Part shown: positions 23,762 through 30,789 of the stretch, piece after piece
Numbering within the stretch: the stretch's first letter is position 1
Layout: each line of letters begins with the position of its first letter
Source of the DNA: a virus
IMG/VR virus record: IMGVR_UViG_3300045988_032262
DNA: 34,146 bases
Strand: one strand, 5' to 3'
Position numbers and translations under genes: made by a program
The notes under the pieces: model-generated
Seen by the model: the letters and a program-made list of their open reading frames with translations, nothing else
What the model was told of the DNA's origin: nothing
Database searches by the model: none

Positions 23762-24465
23762 AGCGCTTCGAGTACGCTGGACTGACTAAAGAGTTACATC
23801 AAAGGTTAACTCTAGAGTTTGATACATTGAGGGAAGAACATCGCAGAACACTCACTAAATATATAATGGAAACAAAGAAGTGCGACCGATTGCAAGCTAG
23901 GAAATATTTTCAAAGGTTTGATAATGTAACCAAAGAGCGATCTAGGATGTCACTCGTTACATTGAATGATATGCGTGAATATCTTACGGATGGTCTCGCG
24001 AACGACATAGAAGAGTATCTGTCAAAACACTGTTTTAGTAGCTCCGTAAAGTGTCGGCCAGATACCGACAAGAGAAATGCTGGACTGCCTGAGGAACTCT
24101 TTAAACAGTATTGCGAGGAAATCAAATCATTAAAAGCTAAATACCCAAACAGATTCACCGCTTACATCATGGATGTTAAAGGATGCAAATATCAAAAAGC
24201 CAATAGCATACGGACAGCGATAAATACACTCTATACAGAGCTTGGAATTCTAACACCTAGAAAGGTAATCCAGTTAGAGGGTCTTCTGTCTAGAGAGCTA
24301 TTCGGTAAGATAGCTAAGTACGTCTTTAATAAGTATGAGTGGCCAGAAAGCCTAGATAAAGAGGTTGATAGAATCTATTTAGAATATCGCACTAAAGGTG
24401 ATATAGGGCTTAATAAAGAAAGTGTTAAACGCACACTATATAAAGCGATTTCTATGGGCTTATAG
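23758..24465 (+). CDS. Hypothetical early protein with an internal tandem duplication (235 aa)
   Basis: ATG overlaps the upstream stop (ATGA). The two halves align, for example LTKELHQRL...LTKYIMETKKCDRLQARKYF against LPEELFKQY...FTAYIMDVKGCKYQKANSIR. Confidence 0.65.
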   Translation: MKRFEYAGLTKELHQRLTLEFDTLREEHRRTLTKYIMETKKCDRLQARKYFQRFDNVTKERSRMSLVTLNDMREYLTDGLANDIEEYLSKHCFSSSVKCRPDTDKRNAGLPEELFKQYCEEIKSLKAKYPNRFTAYIMDVKGCKYQKANSIRTAINTLYTELGILTPRKVIQLEGLLSRELFGKIAKYVFNKYEWPESLDKEVDRIYLEYRTKGDIGLNKESVKRTLYKAISMGL

Positions 24466-24600
24466 TGGTTCGAATCCACTATGAGTTGTTAGTCTGTCGT
24501 GACTAGGTAACTTTTTCGACACTCGTATCGCTGACAGACCGATACACAAACCCAGTAAATATTTTATAGAAATGAGGATCCAATACATACTTTTTTTACT

Positions 24601-24630
24601 CCAGTCTTGCATTGCTGGTAGCAAGACTGG
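24601..24630 (+). other. Perfect 10-bp-stem hairpin (ccagtcttgc / gcaagactgg) in a non-coding region
   Basis: Arms at 24601..24610 and 24621..24630 with a 10-nt loop. It is followed by aatttaaaat, a weak U-tract, so its role as a terminator is uncertain. Confidence 0.4.
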
Positions 24631-24732
24631 AATTTAAAATAAAGGGGGTGGTAAATAAAAAAAAGCCCAAGGCAAAGCTTGCCGAGAACTATTTGACAAC
24701 ATTATTATACCATGAAAAAGGAAAGACAATTT

Positions 24733-25131
24733 ATGAGAACAGTTGAGCGGTTACAAAGAATCAAAGCACTTGATAGATACATCGACAGTCAGATAGAGCA
24801 AATTAAGAGACTGGAATCACAAGCACTTAAAGTGACATCTGGTTCAATGCATACTGACATGGTTCAGGGTGGAAAGCGTAAGGGCAAAGATGATATTTAT
24901 GTGGAACTTATAACGGCTAAGGAAGAATTAGAACGCTTCACAGCTGAAGCTATCAAACAGAAGCTAGAGTTTCGTAGACAGATAGCAAATATTGAGGATA
25001 TAGATGCTAGGTCTTTGCTTCAAATGGTATACATTGACCAACTTGGTATCTGGCAGATATGTGACAAGTTAGGGATTAGTAGAGCTACGTACTACGTTAA
25101 ACTAAGACAAGCTGAGAAACATCTAGATTAA
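24733..25131 (+). CDS. Putative late-gene transcriptional activator with a sigma-70 region-4-like C-terminal HTH (DUF1492/ArpU/RinA-type position)
   Basis: ATG at 24733 lies 7 nt after AAAAAGGAAAG; the ORF track gives 24712. C-terminus: IWQICDKLGISRATYYVKLRQAEKHL. It is the last early gene before the packaging module. Confidence 0.5.
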   Translation: MRTVERLQRIKALDRYIDSQIEQIKRLESQALKVTSGSMHTDMVQGGKRKGKDDIYVELITAKEELERFTAEAIKQKLEFRRQIANIEDIDARSLLQMVYIDQLGIWQICDKLGISRATYYVKLRQAEKHLD

Positions 25132-25190
25132 TCTATACCAATTAATACGGCATAATACTTTAGGCGTGGTAATATAGTATTATCGAATCA

Positions 25191-25222
25191 GAAGGACACA
25201 TCAGTGTTCTTCTTTTATTTTA
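25191..25222 (+). terminator. Rho-independent terminator
   Basis: Stem gaaggacac (25191..25199) pairs with gtgttcttc (25204..25212) with one G-U pair. Loop is atca, followed by ttttatttta. Confidence 0.65.
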
Positions 25223-25240
25223 TCTAAAGGAGGCATGCCA

Positions 25241-25750
25241 ATGCCAATGGTCAGACGATGCAAGGCAGACGGATGCCGCACTTTAGTAGAGAGACCAGCA
25301 CACTACTGTACTGCACATAAAGACATGGAAGCACAAGAGAGACAGAGATACTCACGCACTAGATACAACACACGAGTGAGGAACCGAGACGATGAGACTA
25401 AAGAGCGCTATGCATTCTATCGGTCAAGGGTTTGGTCTTCTATTCGGAAGGTAGCTTTGGAACGTGACAACTATCTGTGTCAGTACTGCTTGGCTTTGGG
25501 TGTGACCACACCAGACGCACGTATAGGTGACCACGTCACACCTGTTGAGATAGCACCAGAACTTAAAACTGACGTATCTAACATCGTGGCGACTTGTAGA
25601 AGTTGTGACAACACGAAGAGGACTCTAGAACAAGAAATCTATGGTACTGGTCAAAATAGAACCAAGCAAAACACTGACCTACGACTTTCCGTGGCAGCGT
25701 GGGCGGGTTTAATAGCCCGTAAAAAGGCGGACGTCGTTAAACCCCTCTAA
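25241..25750 (+). CDS. HNH endonuclease associated with the packaging module
   Basis: Motifs: CQYC...GDHVTPVE...N...CRSCDNTKR. There are three in-frame ATGs (25235, 25241, 25247). The one at 25241 has the best spacing, 7 nt, from AAAGGAGG (25226..25233). It lies directly upstream of cos/terS, as in HNH-dependent cos phages. Confidence 0.85.
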   Translation: MPMVRRCKADGCRTLVERPAHYCTAHKDMEAQERQRYSRTRYNTRVRNRDDETKERYAFYRSRVWSSIRKVALERDNYLCQYCLALGVTTPDARIGDHVTPVEIAPELKTDVSNIVATCRSCDNTKRTLEQEIYGTGQNRTKQNTDLRLSVAAWAGLIARKKADVVKPL

Positions 25751-25930
25751 AACGCCCGTAGCGCGATTTTAAATAAGGGGTGGTATGTTTACCCTATATG
25801 ATGTCTAAAATTGACCCCCGCCCCCTATATCGAGCCTAGGAGAGCCACGACAAGGTGTCTTCTCTTGTCACGCGCAACTTTTGAGGATTTTTAAAGGGTG
25901 TCTATACCAAACGGAGAGGAGTAATGATGA
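25751..25930. other. Candidate cos region / terminase recognition region
   Basis: A non-coding segment between HNH and terS. It has a locally GC-rich core, GACCCCCGCCCCC (25813..25825). CCCTATAT occurs twice (25792..25799 and 25823..25830), as does GGTGTCT (25854..25860 and 25897..25903). There is a hairpin gacaag/cttgtc (25849..25869). The exact cleavage site cannot be determined from sequence. Confidence 0.45.
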
Positions 25931-26392
25931 GTGGTTAAGAATCCGTATTATCAGCAGAACAATGGGCGGTTACCAAGCGACCCTCCGAATTATTTAGGAA
26001 CAGTGGCAAGGGAAGTTTGGCGCAAAATCATTCCGTTTTTAGAAAACACAAATAAAATTCAACGCATTGATACGTTCTTGGTTGAAACTTACTGTACGAA
26101 TTATGAAATTTACAAGCTTGCTTATGAAGATATAAAAGAGAATGGTATTCAGCAAGAAATCAGGAAGCCTATCCAAGCGCAAGGCAGTGGTGAAATTCTC
26201 GGTGAGCAATCGCTTGGTTTTAAAAAGAATCCAGCAGTCGCCACAATGAAAGACGCCGTTGACACCTTGAATAGAATTGGTGTTCAGCTTGGTTTGACCC
26301 CTAAGGGACGTGCGGAATTGCTAACAATTGCAGGAAGCACCAAGCCTGAAAAGTCAACAACTGAAATGATGAAAGAATTTTTGAACAGTTAA
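25931..26392 (+). CDS. terS: Terminase small subunit (P27-family-like, 153 aa)
   Basis: GTG at 25931 lies 9 nt after GGAGAGGAG. Its size and position between HNH and terL fit. The C-terminus, LGLTPKGRAEL, is typical of P27-type small terminases (from recall). Confidence 0.75.
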   Translation: MVKNPYYQQNNGRLPSDPPNYLGTVAREVWRKIIPFLENTNKIQRIDTFLVETYCTNYEIYKLAYEDIKENGIQQEIRKPIQAQGSGEILGEQSLGFKKNPAVATMKDAVDTLNRIGVQLGLTPKGRAELLTIAGSTKPEKSTTEMMKEFLNS

Positions 26393-26409
26393 AAAAAGAG
26401 GTGAGGTTT

Positions 26410-26550
26410 TTATTTCCCCATCTCTTTTAGTTGTTTTTCGATAGCTTTTTGAACTATCTTAGCTTGCGGTATCATTGTTTCTTCTGATGTCTCTTTTAGT
26501 TTATCCAACAGCTCTTCATCAAGCGTGAACGTCATACGTTTTTTTGCCAT
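26410..26550 (-). CDS. Ribbon-helix-helix (CopG/Arc-like) DNA-binding protein (46 aa), absent from the ORF track
   Basis: Minus-strand ATG at 26550..26548 lies 5 nt after GGAGG. Translation: MAKKRMTFTLDEELLDKLKETSEETMIPQAKIVQKAIEKQLKEMGK*. The pattern is the classic beta strand (RMTFTLD), helix, helix. Confidence 0.7.
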   Translation of the reverse strand: MAKKRMTFTLDEELLDKLKETSEETMIPQAKIVQKAIEKQLKEMGK

Positions 26551-26570
26551 GTCAACCTCCTTTTTTTAAT

Positions 26571-26615
26571 ATAATACAATAAAAGTATTGCATTGTAAAG
26601 AGGATATGTTATAAT
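26571..26615. promoter_or_regulatory. Back-to-back divergent promoters
   Basis: Plus strand: TTGCAT (26588..26593), a 16-nt spacer, then TGTTATAAT, an extended -10 (26607..26615). Minus strand: TTTACA (complement of 26594..26599), a 17-nt spacer, then TATTAT (complement of 26571..26576). Confidence 0.55.
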
Positions 26616-26664
26616 TACATTGTAAAGTTAAGTAAATACAATATAATATAATGAAAGGGCAAAA

Positions 26665-27573
26665 ATGACAAGTGGCATTAGAAGAACCAGCGAAATGTTT
26701 TTAAGCGAAATATATGATAAATATGGTTCGGAATATACTGTATTGAGCGAATATAAAAAAGCTCACGAAAAAGTTTTAGTTAGGCACGAGAAGTGCGGTT
26801 GCGAGTGGGAGATAGAAGCTAATAGTTTACTAAGAAAAGCTCGTTGTCCAATGTGCAACGGCGGTGTTTCTTTTAGTGAAAGCGAGTTTAAAAGAAGACT
26901 TTTTAAAAAGTACGGTGATGGTTATATCTTGATTGATAGATATACCAATGCTCGTAAAAAAGTTACGTTTTTATGTAACAAATGTCGCTATTGTTTTAAT
27001 ATGACCCCAGATAATATATTAAGAGGGCATGGTTGCCCTCGTTGTTTCAGGAGTAGAATTTCAGAGCGGTATTCCAAGAGTGACAAAGATTTCAAAAATG
27101 AGGTAAAAAATCTTGTTGGAAATGAGTATATATTTTTAGATAAATATTCTACAGGAAGAAAGAAAATGAGGTGCAAGCATGTTAGATGTGGAAATGTTTA
27201 CATGGTTACACCAAACAATTTTTTGAGCGGTAAACGTTGTCCGTTTTGTAAATCTAGTCGTGGTGAAGCAGAAGTTAGAATGTACTTATTGGAAAAAGGT
27301 GTATTTTTCGAGGAGCAGGTCAGATTTGATGATTGCCGATACAAAAAGCCTTTACCTTTTGATTTTTATTTGCCAACAATGAACACGTTAATTGAGTTCG
27401 ATGGCGAACAACACTTCCAACCTATTGAACATTGGGGCGGAGAAAGGAGCTTCTTAGAAATACAAAAGAGAGATAAAATAAAAACTGATTTTTGTTTATC
27501 TAACAACATAAAACTCATTCGTATCAGCTATATGGATGATGTAAAGGAGGTGCTTGAAAATCAGATTGAATAA
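26665..27573 (+). CDS. Putative free-standing homing-type endonuclease: three Zn-ribbon repeats plus a C-terminal Vsr/DUF559-like PD-(D/E)XK nuclease domain (302 aa)
   Basis: GAAAGGG RBS. There are three roughly 60-aa repeats, each with the pattern F...YG.EY.hL..Y.....K...C..C......P...L....CP.C. C-terminus: GEAEVRMYL...LPFDFYLP..NTLIEFDGEQHF...QKRDKIK...IKLIRISY. Its 3' end overlaps the terL start and contains the terL RBS. Confidence 0.7.
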   Translation: MTSGIRRTSEMFLSEIYDKYGSEYTVLSEYKKAHEKVLVRHEKCGCEWEIEANSLLRKARCPMCNGGVSFSESEFKRRLFKKYGDGYILIDRYTNARKKVTFLCNKCRYCFNMTPDNILRGHGCPRCFRSRISERYSKSDKDFKNEVKNLVGNEYIFLDKYSTGRKKMRCKHVRCGNVYMVTPNNFLSGKRCPFCKSSRGEAEVRMYLLEKGVFFEEQVRFDDCRYKKPLPFDFYLPTMNTLIEFDGEQHFQPIEHWGGERSFLEIQKRDKIKTDFCLSNNIKLIRISYMDDVKEVLENQIE

Positions 27574-29428
27574 CTCACATGATGTTATCAGTGCTTATAA
27601 AAACGCTGATTTTTCATTTATCCGCAAGAAATATCAAGATCCAGGTACTAAATACGCTTTTTCCGTGCTAGACGGCGATGTTATCGCTGGCTATTATATC
27701 AAGTTAGCTTGTTATAGGCATTTACGAGACTTGCAAAGGCAAGGAGACAACGATTTCCCATTCATCTACTCGTTGACTGAATTTAACAAGTTTTTGAAAT
27801 TTGTTAGGCTTGTTCCTAACGTGGATAACCTCAACGAGAAGTTAGAATTAATGGATTGGCAATATTTTATCTTCAGCCAAATGTTCGGCTGGTTTGGTCT
27901 TGACGGATTGCCAAGGTTTACTAATATCGTCTTGTCGATGGCACGTAGTCAGGGGAAAACAATGATAGCTGGGATTTCCATGAACTACTCTTTTCTCATT
28001 GAGACTATTGGGCTATCCAATCAGGACTACCTTATTAGTTCGCTAAACCACGACCAAACCATGAAGCTATATACTTATGTTAAGTCGATGATGGCTAAAA
28101 TTGTGGAGAATGAGCCGTTCAAGTCTTTGGCGGAAGAGATGGGGTTGAAACTTTATTCGAGAGAGATCAAAGCTCTAACTGATAGCAATTCTATTTGGAC
28201 TATCAGTTTTGAAAGTGGGAAATTTGACTCAAAACACTTTCGTCTTGCTGTTGCTGATGAGGTAGGCGAGTTAAGGAATGACGAGGGGATTTCTAAAATC
28301 ACCTCAGGGCAGGTAAACACAGACGGTTCACGTTTCATTGAAATCTCTACCGCATATACAGTGCCAAATGTTCCTTTTCACCAAGAACAGAAAAAGCTGA
28401 TTGAAATTATGGAAAATGACGATGACAGAGCTGGAGATGACCAACTCTGTTTAATTTGGTGTCAAGATGACTTAGAAGAAACTTTCGAGCCAGAAACCTG
28501 GGCTAAAAGCAATCCACTTTTAAATCACCCAGAATTAAAAGACAGCCTTATGAAAGGCTTACTTTCTGAACGTGATAAGAAAATGCTTATGGGTAAGCTA
28601 GCAGATTTCCAAGTTAAAAACATGAATTGTTGGCTACTTGCTGACAGTAATAGTTTTCTTGACTTAAAAGATATTGAGAATGCAGTCATTGATGATTTTG
28701 ATATACGTGGCAGGCGTGTGTACGTTGGGCTTGACGCGTCAATGTTTAGTGATAACACAGCAATCGGGTTTGTATATCCGTATTTAGGTGAAGACGGGAG
28801 CCAAAAGTGGCATATAGAACAGCATAGCTTTATCCCTTGGCAACAAGCAGGAAGCATTGAAGCCAAAGAGAAGCAAGACGGGGTCAATTATCGAGACTTG
28901 GAAGCCAAGGGTTTTTGTACGATTACAAGCCATCCGCAAGGGCTTATCAATCCAGAGGAAGTTTACCGCTGGTTTATTGATTATGTTGAAGACAACGCGC
29001 TTGATGTCGTTTTCTTCGGCTATGACGCTATGGGAATGTCTAAGATTATCAAAGCATTGGAATCTAATACAAGTTTCCCACTCATGCCAATCAGACAGCG
29101 TACAAGTGAATTGAAAGACCCTACAAAATTCCTACAAACACTGTTCATTGAGGGTAATATCACTCGACTAGATGATGAAATAATGCGAAAAGCCTTGATA
29201 AATGCAGTTATTAAAGAGGACAACATCGGTATTCAAGTAGATAAAATGAAATCCACTTACAAGATTGACGTGGTGGATGCTCTTGTTGATGCTTTTTACG
29301 ATGGCATGTATGCGTTTGAGGACTATGCAATAACCAATAATCCAACATGGAAAGTCGAACATATGAGCCAAGAGGCAGTTTTAGCATGGCTAAAAAACCC
29401 AGAAAGTGGGCTATTAGAGGAGTATTAA
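27554..29428 (+). CDS. terL: Terminase large subunit (624 aa)
   Basis: TTG start lies 4 nt after AAAGGAGG (27542..27549). Walker A-like MARSQGKT and Walker B-like LAVADEVGE are present, with a C-terminal nuclease region. It sits upstream of the portal gene. Confidence 0.9.
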   Translation: MKIRLNNSHDVISAYKNADFSFIRKKYQDPGTKYAFSVLDGDVIAGYYIKLACYRHLRDLQRQGDNDFPFIYSLTEFNKFLKFVRLVPNVDNLNEKLELMDWQYFIFSQMFGWFGLDGLPRFTNIVLSMARSQGKTMIAGISMNYSFLIETIGLSNQDYLISSLNHDQTMKLYTYVKSMMAKIVENEPFKSLAEEMGLKLYSREIKALTDSNSIWTISFESGKFDSKHFRLAVADEVGELRNDEGISKITSGQVNTDGSRFIEISTAYTVPNVPFHQEQKKLIEIMENDDDRAGDDQLCLIWCQDDLEETFEPETWAKSNPLLNHPELKDSLMKGLLSERDKKMLMGKLADFQVKNMNCWLLADSNSFLDLKDIENAVIDDFDIRGRRVYVGLDASMFSDNTAIGFVYPYLGEDGSQKWHIEQHSFIPWQQAGSIEAKEKQDGVNYRDLEAKGFCTITSHPQGLINPEEVYRWFIDYVEDNALDVVFFGYDAMGMSKIIKALESNTSFPLMPIRQRTSELKDPTKFLQTLFIEGNITRLDDEIMRKALINAVIKEDNIGIQVDKMKSTYKIDVVDALVDAFYDGMYAFEDYAITNNPTWKVEHMSQEAVLAWLKNPESGLLEEY

Positions 29429-29431
29429 TAT

Positions 29432-29611
29432 ATGATTTTGAAGTTTTTTAAGGCAATTTGGGCTATTTTCGACATTTTAATGTTCATTTTAGCTGCAATT
29501 TCACTTAATATAACCACTTACCACCTTGGCTATGTATGGTTTGGCATTAGCATGACAATCACGTTCATACTAGCAGGGTTGGTTAGTGAACTAGCCGCCA
29601 AAAAAGGCTAG
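29432..29611 (+). CDS. Small two-TM membrane protein (59 aa), absent from the ORF track
   Basis: AGAGGAG lies 9 nt upstream. Translation: MILKFFKAIWAIFDILMFILAAISLNITTYHLGYVWFGISMTITFILAGLVSELAAKKG*. Confidence 0.55.
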   Translation: MILKFFKAIWAIFDILMFILAAISLNITTYHLGYVWFGISMTITFILAGLVSELAAKKG

Positions 29612-29628
29612 AAAGGAGGTGATAACAA

Positions 29629-30789
29629 TTGCCAATATTTAATATAACGAATCTTGCAACAGAGAGTCCACCTAGTAATCAAGGTGTCTTTTTTGATATT
29701 ACTGATCCAGAGTTTTTAGCTACTATTCAGGGTAGTGAGTGGGTATCAGCTGAAACTGCTCTCAGAAACTCAGACTTATTTTCTATTATTAATCAACTCT
29801 CAAACGACCTTGCAACCGTTAAACTGACAGCCAGTCGGAAACAATTACAGGGAATCATTGATAACCCGTCAAACAATGCTAACCGCTTTAATTTCTATCA
29901 ATCTATCTTTGCTCAAATGCTACTTGGTGGGGAAGCCTTTGCTTATCGATGGCGAAATGAAAATGGGCGGGATATGAAGTGGGAATATTTGCGACCGTCT
30001 CAAGTATCATTCAATCGCTTGGATAATAAAGATGGAATTTACTATAACATCACTTTTGACGACCCACGCATTCCACCAAAACAGCACGTCCCACAAGGTG
30101 ACGTCTTACACTTTAAATTGCTATCTGTGGATGGTGGTTTGACAAGTGTAAGCCCGTTGATGGCTCTTAGTAGGGAGTTGAATATACAGAAAGCCAGCGA
30201 TAAGCTGACGCTTAACTCTCTCAAAAACGCCTTAAATGCCAATGGTATTTTGAAGATTAAAGGCGGTGGCTTGCTTGATTTTAAAACTAAACTCTCACGC
30301 TCACGGCAAGCGATGAAGCAAATGCAAGGCGGTCCGTTAGTGCTGGATGATTTAGAGGACTTCACACCGCTTGAAATTAAGTCGAACGTGTCTCAACTGC
30401 TTAAGCAAGCGGACTGGACAACTGGACAGTTTGCTAAGGTCTACGGTATCCCAGAGAATGTAGTTGGAGGTCAAGGAGACCAACAATCATCGCTGGAAAT
30501 GAGTTTAGATCTCTATAACAAAGCAGTCTCACGCTATCTAAGACCGTTTATTAGTGAATTATCTCAAAAACTATCCTGCGATGTGGATGCAGATATTTTG
30601 CCGGCTGTTGACCCTACTGGCTCTAATAGTGTCAGTCGGATTAATAGCATGGTTAAAAGTGGCACACTCGCACAGAATCAAGGCTTGTATATTTTGCAAC
30701 AAGCTGAAATTTTACCTAAAGAGTTGCCAGAAGGGGAAAACCCTAATAAGACCACATTGAAAGGAGGTGAGATAAATGGGGAAGATTGA
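29629..30789 (+). CDS. Portal protein (HK97-type, 386 aa)
   Basis: TTG start after AAAGGAGGTG. Its position between terL and the prohead protease, and its size, fit a portal. Confidence 0.85.
   Translation: MPIFNITNLATESPPSNQGVFFDITDPEFLATIQGSEWVSAETALRNSDLFSIINQLSNDLATVKLTASRKQLQGIIDNPSNNANRFNFYQSIFAQMLLGGEAFAYRWRNENGRDMKWEYLRPSQVSFNRLDNKDGIYYNITFDDPRIPPKQHVPQGDVLHFKLLSVDGGLTSVSPLMALSRELNIQKASDKLTLNSLKNALNANGILKIKGGGLLDFKTKLSRSRQAMKQMQGGPLVLDDLEDFTPLEIKSNVSQLLKQADWTTGQFAKVYGIPENVVGGQGDQQSSLEMSLDLYNKAVSRYLRPFISELSQKLSCDVDADILPAVDPTGSNSVSRINSMVKSGTLAQNQGLYILQQAEILPKELPEGENPNKTTLKGGEINGED

Larger units (their letters stand above)
26393..27553. mobile_element. Inserted two-gene cassette between terS and terL (RHH gene on the minus strand, nuclease gene on the plus strand)
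   Basis: It interrupts the normally adjacent terS-terL pair. It contains its own divergent promoters, the only minus-strand gene in the genome, and a homing-endonuclease-like ORF. By eye it looks more AT-rich than its flanks; I did not compute this. Confidence 0.45.

Noticed and set aside
24416-24487. A possible tRNA gene, suggested by the GGTTCGAATCC T-loop
   Set aside because: Only the T-arm can be formed. The sequence at the expected 5' acceptor position (AAGAAAG) is not complementary to the 3' strand (ATGAGTT), and no D or anticodon arms are evident. I kept it as a fragment or relic in the findings.
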